From the NCBI GenBank assembly GCA_973851085.1, contig OZ316776.1, positions 3,348,001-3,412,000 on the forward strand: DNA of 64,000 bases, in the 5' to 3' direction. The translations under genes and the position numbers were made by a program. This DNA is from Ptychomitrium polyphyllum. Taxonomy: Eukaryota. Positions 1 to 12,345 of the stretch are shown here, in pieces (the first letter of the stretch is position 1; each line of letters opens with the position of its first letter). Below the pieces are notes generated by a model, which ran no database searches, was not told the origin of the DNA, and saw nothing but the letters and a program-made list of their open reading frames with translations.

Positions 1-145
1 GTTGCTCTTAGGTGCTGCTACCTTCCTCTACAGCTTTTTGATCCTCGTGTACTACTGAATTAACAGCTCAATTGATTTGAGGAGGTCTTTATTTTATAGA
101 TTCTTCTCCTATCAATGACTTTGCAAGTCCTGCGTCCTTGTGCAG

Positions 146-2391
146 GCATTATCAGTCGGGTCTTCGATTAGATCCTGAACATGGAGAGCTCAAGAAGCAG
201 TATTTTAAGTTGAAAATGTTGCTGAGAAAAACCAAGGCCGTATGTGACACTTCCTTTACATTGCAACTTCAGATTTTGTTGTTGTACGCTCCTTGTTCGA
301 ATCTGTTTATAGTTGTAAAGTATTTTCCGTGGGGCTTATGGGATCAATTATTTTGATGTGTTTAGAAAACCTCTTGAGTTGTGCTCAGAATCTGTTTCAT
401 GACATCCAATGGGCTCTTCTTTTATGTATGTCTTCCTTTTAAGATTTTAATTCGCAGATTTCAACAAAAGCTGACAATCAATAAATGGTTATGTAATCTC
501 TAGGCTGACGAAGCAATGGAAAAGAATAAGTTCCGTACTGCAGTTGAGGCCTACCGAGCAGCTCTGGAGATTGTACCAGATCATGATCTTCACAACATCA
601 AGCTTAATATGGGTCTTTGCAAGGCACTGGTGAAACTTGGACGCGGAAAAGATGCCGTAATGCATTGTTCTCTTGTTTTGGAAATGGATGGTGCTTCACT
701 CGATGCATTAGAGCAGGTACTTGACATTACTGTTACAGGCATGCTATATGAATTGTTGGTCTTTAATATCTCCAATGTCAAATGATAAGATCATTGTGCA
801 CTTTGAAACTGTATTGCATAGTAAGTATCTTGGAGGATCAATTTGACACAATTTGTAGAATCAGAGCTGTTTAGGTTGTGTGCCTGGTAGTAGAATTCTC
901 TGCACATGTCAGGGTCCTGTTCAGGAACTTAAAGAGCTAGTAGGCATATTCTGGCACTAACGCAATATCAAAGATCTTGATAATCTGGTTTTCTCCTTGC
1001 AGAGGGCTGAAGCAAAGTTACTTGTGGAGGACTGGGAAGGAGCTGTGGCTGATTTTAAAGCTGCTATACAGCAAAATCCACAGGTGAGTGGTTGGAGGCT
1101 TACTTTGGAACTTTTCAATAAATTATTAGCGGGCAAGTTAGCCATTTTGAGTAATTGCAGGATATGTCTCCAATGAATAACCTAATTAGGGAATTTGAAG
1201 GGTTTGTTTATCTACATTTGCTAAGATTTGCCATATTACCTGTGAAAGCAGATGGAACTCTCAACTTTTCTCCTTACATCTGGAACCAAGATGTTATCAG
1301 GTTATATTTTTAAATTTTAATCAATTTACACACTTGACTTTTGCAGGACCATGATCTTAGGGAGGGGCTTCATAGGGCTGAGCATGCTTTGAAACTGAGC
1401 AAACGTAAGGATTGGTACAAAGTCCTGGGCTTGTCAAATACAGCATCGGCACTAGAGATTAAAAAAGCTTATAAACGACTTGCTCTTCTATGGCATCCTG
1501 ACAAGAATCAGGGTAATAAGGAGGCGGCGGAAGATAAGTTTCGTGAAGTTGCTGAGGCTTATGAGGTAAATTTACCCTTTCTTTTTCATGTGATTAACGT
1601 ATAGCATCTGCGTTTACCTTCGGAGGTGTAGGGTCTACTTCATCTTGTAAACGGACATTAAAGGTTGTCTCTGATGCCTCTGTTTGTTAGTATTTGTCAT
1701 TAAAGTTTTGGAATAATGCTGAGGAAGGTTGTCTATTTGGTCTACCTGCCTTTGAATGTTGGGTCCACGCTGAGTTGTTCCTCTGTGGGGTACTTTATGT
1801 GTGATCTGTGTTTTCTGTGGCGAAGATTAATTTGGACTCTTAGTGAACTTTGGCTGCGATTTCGCAGTAGACTCTACGATGATGGATCTTGGCATGAAAT
1901 ATGGGATATTTGCGAGCATTGATTCCGTTTATTGACGAAAAGGAATTCATGCAAGCTTTATCCTTAGACAATCTTCGAAATACATTTTTTTCTTTTTTTA
2001 CTCTTTTCTTATTCCTTTTTTTTGTAGTTTACTTTGTTTGACGTCAAACCTTGAGATGCTTACTACATAATTTGTTTTGTCTTTCGCTGCTGCACTCTTA
2101 GAATGCTTTATGCGATTGGACGTTACAAGATCTGGAATAGCCGTGAGTATCAGTGGTATTTGTAACATTTGAGTTATGCTTAATTTCTGTTACTGAGACC
2201 CTTCGTTTTGGACTTGATTTTTGTTACAGGTGCTAGGGGATGAAGAGAAGAGAGAAAGGTATGATAGGGGTGAGGACTTGGAGGAGCAGCATGGAGATGG
2301 GCAAGGTTTTCACCAAGGATTTCATGGAGGGGGTCAAACATTCACTTTCCAATTTGAGGGAGGTTTTCCCGGGGGCGGCTTTCACTTTTAG
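146..2391 (+). CDS. P58IPK: TPR + J-domain co-chaperone (P58IPK/DNAJC3 homologue), 3' exons only; gene starts before the window
   Basis: Exons 146-239, 504-716, 1003-1083, 1347-1565 and 2230-2391 have GT/AG ends and a continuous frame. They encode TPR-like helices ([28 protein letters not shown]), a J-domain with HPD (DWYKVLG...WHPDKN) and a Gly/Phe-rich tail ending GGGFHF*. Confidence 0.93.
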
Positions 2392-4789
2392 GATCTAACG
2401 TAGTAGGAAGTACTTACCAATTTCTGGGCATACATCTCTTACATTGCCGAGTTCAGGGAATGTGAAAAATATGGAAGTTCTTTGGAAGTGTATCCGCTCT
2501 TCCTATGTATTCTTCACGGTTGCTCATCATTTGAAGTTGTAAATATTCACGGCAGTTAAACCTTGAAAAGGCCTTGCTGCGAAGCCAACTAATTTGTGGT
2601 TCTAAGCATTGTTGGTTAGTCACCCCGTGGGTTTTAAATGAGTCCTCTTTCCTCACAGGTGAAACCCTTTTACTGATGAATTCAGAACTGCACTGTCAGA
2701 AGACCACATGTGACATGACTTAGTTCTAACGCAATTGGTTACCTTGGAGGCTTGAGTAGTCTATGATTTCAAATTGAGGGGTATTCAGTACACCGCTTAT
2801 CCTTACGCAGACTTAGGCTAACAAAGGGAACTCTGATTAATTCTGCAATTTGAAGAAAGGCGTCGTAGTAACTGATATGATTCATAGTAATTGTGGTAAT
2901 GTAAATATGGCTTGCTACATTGAATTGTCATCCCAATTGTTCTGATTTTACCATGCCAAGTTTGGAAATATAATATTTGGAAAAACCAAAAACAGTGTTA
3001 TATTATCTTTAATGATTCAACAATATTGTGATCGCATTATAGTTTTAAAATGTTTAGACCAATTTGACAACAAGTTACTAGAATTAATATAGCACAAGAG
3101 ACCTTAGGAAAATTGAGACTAATTTTAGCTCTCATACTAAGGAGGATAAGGGGTCTGCTGAAGTCAGTGAGATATTTATTCATTTGCAGCCACCCACCTG
3201 GATAAGGGTAGTTCAGACTGGCATCTAGAAAATTCTAATCAGCCTCCAGGTTTTCCGGATTAAGATCATTGTATTTGAATTAGTAAAACTTGTGCTGTAG
3301 GCCCAAACATACCAGCCACTTTGGGGTGCAAACGTGTGGGAAAAAGCTCACTTTATTTTTGGTGATTTGTTAGGATATTTTGAAATTCAATATCTAGACA
3401 CCATGTTCTGAAGACAAGCAAAACAAAAGAAAATCTCTTACTTAATATATGAATAACCATAATTCATGGAGAAAAACTCAATCCTTTCCTCATTCAAAGA
3501 CTCATCCACACATTTTATGACAAATATAATTGTAAATTTATCTAATAGGGCTCTATTATTACATTCATAATATAAATTAGGAAAGAACTAAAATGTTTTA
3601 TGACATTTATATGTACTTGACATTTAAAACCTTAATGATGGACACATAACAAATTTTAAGTCTTTCTAATTGTGCATAGTATTAATAGATTTTCACAAAG
3701 TTTGGACATTTTAAGACGTTTTAGACTACCAAATTCATAAAGCAATGCTCCTATATAAATGGAATAATGGCTTTAAGTTTTGATTATAATTATTATAAGC
3801 AGACATATTATTAGTAAAATCAAGGTTTTATACAACAATAGCTGATGATTATTATGAACAAAATTTGAAGCCATGATTCTATTGGCATGGAGGCAGCTCC
3901 TTATGAATTTGATAGTTAAAAGTTCAAATTTTTGAAAATTTGCTTTATTAAGTTTATTTAATAATTGATGGATCCAACATTTCATAATTTCTTATATCAT
4001 ATTAAACTATCATATTATACATTTCTCATAATCTATGCTACTAATAATTGAATGAATGATAATTGAAATTATAAAGTTATAAAATTTACATATAATACAA
4101 ACAATCTTATTTTAGAGCATCTTATTATTGCAATAAAACAGCCTTAAAAATAATATAGTTGAGACACAATATTAGTTTGTTGGCAAGGCATCTTCACTAC
4201 TCACGTAATATTCATGGTATTCAATGTTATAGTATTAAAACTACTTTAGAATCCACGTATTTTTTTTACAAAAAAATATAATATATTTAGAAAGAAATTC
4301 AAAAATCTAGACTTTTTAGTAAATTACGGATTACCAAATTTATAGTTCAACGTTTTCAATTTCAATTTCCAATAAAAACATGACTTCAACTTTTGAATAT
4401 GGTGGCTAAGGCCTCGTCATCAAGCAATGAACAAATTCGACATGATTGAGTTGATAATAATACATTCCTTTTGTTATATTATATTATCATATAATATAGT
4501 CCATTTTTTATTGAATAAGAAATGTTTCTTATAAAAACTAACAAAACAATCTTATAGTCTAGGACAAAATAATTGTGTCATTATTGCACAAATAAGCATG
4601 TCATGAAAACATTGAACAAGATTCACAAAAACTATCTTAAAGAATAATTAAAAAATTGTACATAACATGTGAAATACCAACAAGGACAAAGGCACACCAT
4701 TGTAAAAAAAAATTTAAACAAAAATTACAAACATCATTAGTCATCTTGCACTGCAATATCATTATTAAATTACAACCCCAAGAACTTTC

Positions 4790-6202
4790 TCAAACTATTC
4801 CATTATCTTCCATGAGCTTTCTACAATATTCATAAAACTCTCTCACATTTATCGAATTCTCTAAAAGTAGATCCCTTATCTCTCCAAATGAAGGTCTAGC
4901 TCTAGGATTGGAATGCCAACATCTACTCAATAGTTTGCGCATCCAGCCATCAACATACTTTGGAATCTTTGGACATTGTCCATTTAAGATAAGATCATAA
5001 TCACTCCAAGGATGACTTCCAAACGGACGCTTCCGTGTCAATATCTCATAGCATGTCATTCCAAAGGCATACACATCCGCTTCCTTTGAAAATACTTCAG
5101 GCTTTTCATACACACTCCTATCTTTAAGAGCTTGCAATATCTCTGGAGCCCTCCAAAACCCTGTTCCAATGACTAAATTCGAACATTCAAAGTCCGATAC
5201 ACGTATAAGCCAACCTGCTATACCATAAGATATAAGCACATTGGAAGCCTTGAGGTCCCGATGCACAATGTCACGATCATGCAACCATTGCAACCCAAGT
5301 ACAATACGATATATGAAAACTTCAGCTGTTCCTTTCTCAAACGGTCCACACTCTTCCCCAGACCTCAACTTCATGTTGCGGTCAATGAGAGCTCGCAAAT
5401 CTCCATCTTCCCTTCTCAGCACAAATGCAAACCGGCCGCCCTCCAATAATGTTCCACATTGAACATCACAAGTGTATGCTATCGGTTGAGGTATCCCGAG
5501 CCTAGTGCGTCTAAGTTTCTCCGCATGAGATTGCAAGAGTCCACGAGGCCACTGCTTCTCCAAATCGCTCAACAAAGTGCCCTTCTTAAACACCTTCAGC
5601 ACCCACTTATGCCTCCGTCTCACACACTCCTCGTTGAACCGTTCGCTTCCCCACACGATATGGGCATGAAAGAGCTCAGCCTGCCCACCCTCTGCAAACT
5701 TCTCCCCCACCACCAGTGAACCGTCACTTCTCCGTATTCCTAAATCATAACCAAATGTGCAAAAGAAATGACCCCAGCTGGGATGCGATTGCAGAGCCTT
5801 GAACACTTCCACGTTGCTCTCCCCCACCACCTTCTCATCAGGATCGGGCCTACTTCCACCAAAGCAAGCGCCCAAGATTCTTGAACAACTACACGACTTC
5901 TTACATCCCGGCTTCCTAGAACTGGGCTTCACCACCTCACTCCAGTGACTCTTCGAATTCTCGATCTCCTCCTCCACGCTCAGCCTGTTCCCATCTCTCT
6001 CCGTCCCCTTCCTCACGGTCTCAGTGGTCCCGGTGCTCTCAGCGCGCGCAGGGAGGAATGCTGGAGAAGCGGTGCCGGCATGCTCGATTTCACTTCCCAG
6101 TGCCGGGACAGGCTCTAAGCCGCCCGATGCACCGCTCCGTAAACAAGGCTCTGACGATGGCACTTCTTCCAACCGGCCGCTGCGTGCACTTGTACCTGCC
6201 AT
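4790..6202 (-). CDS. Intronless TKL/Raf-like protein kinase with atypical motifs, copy 1 (470 aa from ATG; the ORF track starts one codon earlier at GTG)
   Basis: Motifs FAEGGQAEL (G-loop), WVLK, HRDLKASN, SDFECS, GTGFWRAPE, DVYAFGMTCYEILT and CW..P..RPSF in an uninterrupted ORF. Confidence 0.88.
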   Translation of the reverse strand: MAGTSARSGRLEEVPSSEPCLRSGASGGLEPVPALGSEIEHAGTASPAFLPARAESTGTTETVRKGTERDGNRLSVEEEIENSKSHWSEVVKPSSRKPGCKKSCSCSRILGACFGGSRPDPDEKVVGESNVEVFKALQSHPSWGHFFCTFGYDLGIRRSDGSLVVGEKFAEGGQAELFHAHIVWGSERFNEECVRRRHKWVLKVFKKGTLLSDLEKQWPRGLLQSHAEKLRRTRLGIPQPIAYTCDVQCGTLLEGGRFAFVLRREDGDLRALIDRNMKLRSGEECGPFEKGTAEVFIYRIVLGLQWLHDRDIVHRDLKASNVLISYGIAGWLIRVSDFECSNLVIGTGFWRAPEILQALKDRSVYEKPEVFSKEADVYAFGMTCYEILTRKRPFGSHPWSDYDLILNGQCPKIPKYVDGWMRKLLSRCWHSNPRARPSFGEIRDLLLENSINVREFYEYCRKLMEDNGIV

Positions 6203-7553
6203 CACTGCTCACTGCCCCAGCTATGGAACGGCTCGCTCTTCCAGCCCCTTGCAGTCGAAGCTCAGGAGTGAGGGTCCTAAGAGAGACAACGTCTACTTTC
6301 AGAGCACGAAACGCGGATGTCCTCTCAGATGTTGGAAACCCAACCCAACAGCGCCGCGCTGCTTGAGCTTGCTGCGACATGGGAACTCCAGAGTGCGAAG
6401 TTGCGAACCCGCTATGCTCCCCCTCAAACGACGAATCCACTTGCACATGGAATGATCTCTACACGGAAGTGCGGCTGCGACAGTAAACGATGGGACCTGA
6501 AGGCTTCGGATGAGGGCCGAGCCGCGAGAGGGGGGATATCTCGGTGGAAGAGCGCCCAAGCACTTCCAGGAGACCGCACGGATGACAGATCGCCGTCCCT
6601 CGCTCGTCCGTGGATGCTAGGGGATGTTAGGGCTGCCGCGGTGCAAGGGCGCTTCCTCGTATGCGCGATCTGCAGACACAAACTGCTCACAACGACACTC
6701 CAGAGATGCTGAGAGGCTGCGAAACTACCTGAGGCCACAGTACTCCAGCGCGTGAGGGCGCAGGGAGGCTGTAGCCTCACAATAGGCCGGTGCTTGTGTC
6801 CGTCGGGACGTGGTAACAGGCTGGATGGCAAAAGTCGACAGTTCCTTCTTCTCGCAGGCACGGCACGAGGTCAGGATTGAAATATGCCAACTCTTGGCAC
6901 AGAATCGGATGCGCCACTTGATTCTCTCATCATGCAGCACGAGCGCTCTTGTTCTCCATCGTCACGAATCGTAAATTATTCAGAATAAGTGCATCTAAGA
7001 AATGACGGACAAACAGTAAAATTAGTTTATCTAATTTCCATATTCTACAATGGAGAGCGTGCTATAGGGGTTAATGCCTTTATCATAGGACATCCTGCAA
7101 AGATGCACCTGAAGGCGGGAGGATGGAACTGTTAGCTCCAGTACTGTTGGATTCATCAAATGAGTGTTTACCTCCAGATAAAATGAGCTCTTAATTTTTG
7201 AAGGAATTAGACCACTGTTGACCATATCCTGTATACTCGATCAAAACACTGACTCCTGAAATATCCGTGACATCTACTTCTTAAGAATGCTACAGTCTAC
7301 ACTTCTTGAGAAGCAAACAGACTTGCAGGCAACACCCAATTCAAATTTCACACTGAACATGCTCTAGCTACTGATACAAGAACCAATAATAGTTCCAAAT
7401 GCCATTCAAAATAGAAAAGGTCGATACCAGCATTTCACTCCTTAGACCTAACTGTTGCACAGAAAACCAAAACATACAAAAACCTGTTACATAAAAAGGG
7501 AGAGAAATGGCCTGTGTGACAACATAGATTACCAAAGGTGATGATACAAATCA
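4790..7553. repeat. Tandem duplication unit: kinase CDS plus upstream region, matching 8454-12009
   Basis: 4790-~7205 aligns to 8454-~10895, and ~7208-7553 aligns to ~11650-12009 (e.g. TATCCTGTATACTCGATCAAAACACTGACTCC...GGTGATGATACAAATCA). About 760 bp of the second unit is absent from the first. Confidence 0.92.
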
Positions 7554-8136
7554 CGTGGAAGGTGTTGAACACTATCAATGGTTACAAGGACCCATAAGCC
7601 ATAAAAATTGCAAAAGGCAATTAGAATATGTTGCAAACACCATACGGTAAATTTTTAATTTCTTCATATTCTGAGCATTTGTTGCATCATGCACTTTAAT
7701 GACCTTAGAAGGGAGGTGATGTCACGGACATACATACTAGAAACATCTAAAGTGGTTCTTATAAGGTTTAAAAACTTCCAAAGAAGTTAATTTGGCTTAG
7801 TTAGCTTTCAAAGAATTTATCTTAGTTCACAAAGCTTCCGAAGAAGCAATCCAAGGTTGCTTGAGTATACAAAGAAGCAATCCAAGGTTGCTTGAGTATA
7901 CAGCAACTAAGAGAGGTTTTTCAAGAAGCTTCCAAAGCTTGTAGTCCTAGCATATATAGTAATTGAGATTAATAATATTTTTAATCTTGACAATGCGTTT
8001 CTTGTACTCTGGCTTAGACCTTATGGCCTTGTCTTTATACCTTATTATAGCTCTTTACTTCTAATATACCTTCAACATATCTTGTTTTATATCTTGATAT
8101 TCTAAAGCTTTATCTAGTGCTACTCTCTCCGTAACA
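7554..8136 (+). mobile_element. Truncated Ty3/gypsy 3' end: short internal segment, polypurine tract and 3' LTR (7720-8136)
   Basis: AGAAGGGAGGTGA immediately precedes TGTCAC...GTAACA. The LTR is the reverse complement of 47023-47369 and similar to 50202-50616. It contains a 31-bp tandem duplication (7841-7902). Confidence 0.8.
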
Positions 8137-8453
8137 ACTACCACTCTCACCACAACAATTTAAATTAATATGACTTACACTGAAGTTTTGAACTCTACAC
8201 GGAAATTAATTATTTTGGTTGTACACAAACAAGCATACAAACATAGGACGTGCATATTCAGCAAGTTCAACTATGAATATCTTACAAATCAATTAGCAAT
8301 TGATAAACAAAATAAGCACCACCAATAAAGAAAAAGGCAAGTCATTTACAAACTCTCGCACTCAAGAAGTCGAGACAAGATCAAAATAATCTGAACATCA
8401 TTACAAATTCCACATTTGAATTCTATTATGGTATAAATCCAACAATCACCTTA

Positions 8454-9866
8454 TCAAACTATTCCATGTTCTTCCATATACTTTCTTCGCCCTTCATCAA
8501 ATACTTTAACTGAAGTTGATGTTCCTAAAAATACATCCCTTAATTCTCCAAATGAAGGTCTAGCTCTAGGATTGGAATGCCAACATCTACTCAATACTTT
8601 GCGCAACCAATCATCAACATACTCTGGTACCTCTGGACGTTGTCCGTTGAGGACAAGATCATAATCACTCCATCGATGATTCCCAAATGGACGCTTCCCT
8701 GTCAATATCTCATAACATGTCATTCCAAAGGCATACACATCCGCTTCCTTTGAAAATACTTCGGATTTTTCATACACACTCCTATCTTTAAGAGCTTGCA
8801 ATATCTCTGGAGCCCTCCAAAACCCTGTTCCAATGACTAAATTCGAACATTCAAAGTCCGATACACGTAAATTCCAACTTTCTTCATAAAATGATATAAG
8901 CACATTAGAAGCCTTGAGGTCCCGATGCACAATGTCACGATCATGCAACCATTGCATCCCAAGTACAATAAGATACATGAAAACTTCGGCTCCTCCTTTC
9001 TCAAACGGACCACACTCTTGGCCAATCCTCAACTTCATGTTGCGGTCAATGAGAGCTCGCAAATCTCCATCTTCCCTTCTCAGCACAAATGCAAACCGAC
9101 CGTCCTCCAACAATGTTGCACATTGAACATCACAAGTGTATGCTAACGATTGAGGTAGCTTTAGCCTAGTGCGTCTAAGTTTCTCCGCATCAGATTGCAA
9201 CAGTCCACGAGGCCACTGCTTCTCCAAATCGCTCAACAAGGTGCCCTTCTTAAACACCTTCAGCACCCACTTATGCCTCCGTCTCACACACTCCTCGTTG
9301 AACCGTTCGCTTCTCCACATGATATGGGCATGCAAGAGCTCAGCCTGCCCACCCTCTGCAAACTTCTCCCCCACCACCAGTGAACCGTCACTTTCCCGTA
9401 TTCCTAAATTATAATTAAATGTGCAAAAGAAATAACCCCAGCTGGGATGCGATTGCAGAGCCTTGAACACTTCCACGTTGCTCTCTCCCACCACCTTCTC
9501 ATCGGGATCGGGCCTACTTCCACCAAAGCAAGCGCCCAAGATTCTTGAACAACTACACGACTTCTTACATCCCGGCTTCCTAGAACTGGGCTTCACCACC
9601 TCACTCCAGTGACTCTTCGAATTCTCGATCTCCTCCTCCACGCTCAGCCTGTTCCCATCTCTCTCCGTCCTCTTCCTCACGGTCTCAGTGGTCCCGGTGC
9701 TCTCAGCGCGCGCAGGGAGGAATGCTGGAGAAGCGGTGCCGGCATGCTCGATTTCACTTCCCAGTGCCGGGACAGGCTCTAAGCCGCCCGATGCACCGCT
9801 CTGTAAACAAGGTTCTGACGATGGCACTTCTTCCAACCGGCCGCTGCGTGCACTTGTACCTGCCAT
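8454..9866 (-). CDS. Intronless TKL/Raf-like protein kinase, copy 2
   Basis: Same length and motifs as copy 1, with an intact ORF. Confidence 0.88.
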   Translation of the reverse strand: MAGTSARSGRLEEVPSSEPCLQSGASGGLEPVPALGSEIEHAGTASPAFLPARAESTGTTETVRKRTERDGNRLSVEEEIENSKSHWSEVVKPSSRKPGCKKSCSCSRILGACFGGSRPDPDEKVVGESNVEVFKALQSHPSWGYFFCTFNYNLGIRESDGSLVVGEKFAEGGQAELLHAHIMWRSERFNEECVRRRHKWVLKVFKKGTLLSDLEKQWPRGLLQSDAEKLRRTRLKLPQSLAYTCDVQCATLLEDGRFAFVLRREDGDLRALIDRNMKLRIGQECGPFEKGGAEVFMYLIVLGMQWLHDRDIVHRDLKASNVLISFYEESWNLRVSDFECSNLVIGTGFWRAPEILQALKDRSVYEKSEVFSKEADVYAFGMTCYEILTGKRPFGNHRWSDYDLVLNGQRPEVPEYVDDWLRKVLSRCWHSNPRARPSFGELRDVFLGTSTSVKVFDEGRRKYMEEHGIV

Positions 9867-12345
9867 CACTGCTCACTGCCCCAGCTATGGAACGGCTCGC
9901 TCTTCCAGCCCCTTGCAGTCGAAGCTCAGGAGTGAGGGTTCTAAGAGGGACGACGTCTACTGTCAGAGCACGAAATGCGGATGTCCTCTCAGATGTTGGA
10001 AACCCAACCCAACAGCGCCGCTCTGCTTGAGCTTGCTGCGACATGGGAACTCCAGAGTGCGAAGTTGCGAACCCGCTATGCTCCCCCTCAAACGACGAAT
10101 CCACTTGCACATGGAATGATCTCTACACGGAAGTGCGGCCGCGACAGTAAACGATGGGATCTGAAGGCTTCGGATGAGGACCGAGCCGCGAGAGGGGGGA
10201 TATCTCGGTGGAAGAGCACCCACGCACTTCCAGGAGACCGCACGAAGGACAGATCGCCGCCCCTCGCTCGTCCGTGGATGCAAGGGGATGTTAGGGCTGC
10301 CGCGGTGCAAGGGCGCTTCCTCGTATGCGCGATCTGCAGACACAAACTGTCCACAACGACACTCCAGAGATGCTGAGAGGCTGCGAAACTACCTGAGGCC
10401 ACAGTACTCCAGCGCGTGAGGGCGCAGGGAGGCTGTAGCCTCACGGTAGGCCGGTGCTTGTGTCAGTCGGTACGCGGTAACAGGCTGGATGGCAATAGTC
10501 GACAGTTCTTTCTTCTCGCAGGCACAGCACGAGGTCAGGATTGAAATATACCAACTCTTGGCACAGAATCGGATGCGCCACTTGATTCTCTGTTCATGCA
10601 GCACGAGCGCTCTTGTTCTCCATCGTGACGAATCGTAAATTATTCTGAATAAGTGCGTCTAAGAAATGATTGAGAAACAGTAAAATTAGTTTATCTAATT
10701 TCCATATTCTACAATGCAGAGCGTGATATACGGGTTAATGCCTTTGTCATAGGACATCCTGCAAAGATGCACCTGAAGCCGGGAGGATGGAACTGTTAGC
10801 TCCAGTACTGTCAGTTTTATTAGCACCACTACTGGCTTCATCAAATGAGTGTTAACTTCAGATGAAATGAGCTATTAATTTTTGAAGTTTTTGAAGGATC
10901 CAACAATAAAATTATCTTTTGCTTATTTGAATTCAAGAGTTGACAAAATTCATGTAGTAAGACAATGTTAAGTTGGATTTACTCGTAGCTTCAAAGGTGC
11001 TTGTAGTGACTATGTTGATAAAAGCCTTGATTTATGGTAGACAAAGAGGCTAAAGTCCACTTAGTGACAAATTTTAAGATAAGTTTAATTGACTTTGTAT
11101 TAAAAATATAATAGAATAATGGGAATAGTGTTAAAAAAATATTTCATGAGTTCTAGTATATAAGGGGTTGTGGCCAAATTGTTGGCCAACTTGAAAATCA
11201 TTTGCCAACCTTGTGTTTTGAGTTGAAGAAAGTGTTATGGAGTTTATATAGTATTATGAAATTTATAAATTTATGGAGTTTATATAATATCATGGAGTTG
11301 TAGATAAAAAGTTTGTAGATAAAGGTGAGAGTATTTAGTGTTATGAAAGATTAGGAATTATGTTGTAGTTGATGTTGTCAATTATTCTTCAACAATTTAC
11401 ACCTTGATAGTATGTTCGTTAGTGACATCTACAGGTAATGTGGCAGAGACCTTACATAAGAAAAGGATGGCATATGAAAGTGTAAAATGTTAACAAACAC
11501 AAAAAAGGCTATTTTTTAGGCAGACAACAGAAACATTCTTTGCATCTGTACCATTGACTGAAAATTGATATTGAAAATTTTCAAAGTTTTTCACCAGAGC
11601 ACTTACTTCTATGGTTGAGCAATGGGGTCTGGCATGTTAGTGAAAGTTTTAGACCACTGTTGATCATTTAGTGCACTACATATCCTGTATACTCGATCAA
11701 AACACTGACTCCTGAAATATCCGTGACATCTACTTCTTAAGAATGCTACAGTCTACACTTCTTGAGAAGCAAACAGACTTGCAGGCAACACCCAATTCAA
11801 ATTTCACACTGAACATGCTCTAGCTACTGATACAAGAACCAATAATAGTTCCAAATGCCATTCAAAATAGAAAAGGTCGATACCAGCATTTCACTCCTTA
11901 GACCTAACTGTTGCACAGAAAACCAAAACATACAAAAACCTGTTACATAAAAAGGGAGAGAAATGGCTTGTGTGACAACATAGATTACCAAAGGTGATGA
12001 TACAAATCATTTTACCATTTTCAAATTCAAAATAAAAGTACAAACACTACATGAGTCCGCAAGGTTATCAAACCTCACATGCATAATATGCTGCGGTTGA
12101 TCTAGAAGGTGGACGAAATCTTCTGAAAGGAAGAACCAGTCAGAACACTTGACCTCCAATAGTCACCTGACAATGCCAGAGACCTTACCCTCAAACCCTG
12201 AGATAGTAGCCTATCATATAAAAAAGTATGATAACCTGCCACAGTCTTCGGACAAAGTATAACTAGTTGGCAAGAAAGTTCTCTCAGGTCTTCAGTGGGA
12301 GCACGCAATGGTCTGAAACAGCATAAAATTTGGTTCCAGAACCTG

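Noticed and set aside
6203..6205. 'MM' start of the 471-aa kinase ORFs
   Set aside because: The first codon is GTG, a start allowed by the ORF caller. The eukaryotic ATG is the next codon.
5241..6712. Plus-strand ORFs overlapping kinase copy 1, repeated at copies 2 and 3
   Set aside because: Shadow ORFs. They recur because the DNA is duplicated, not because they are independently conserved.
7841..7902. 31-bp direct repeat as a CRISPR-like array
   Set aside because: Only two adjacent units with no spacer, inside an LTR in eukaryotic DNA.
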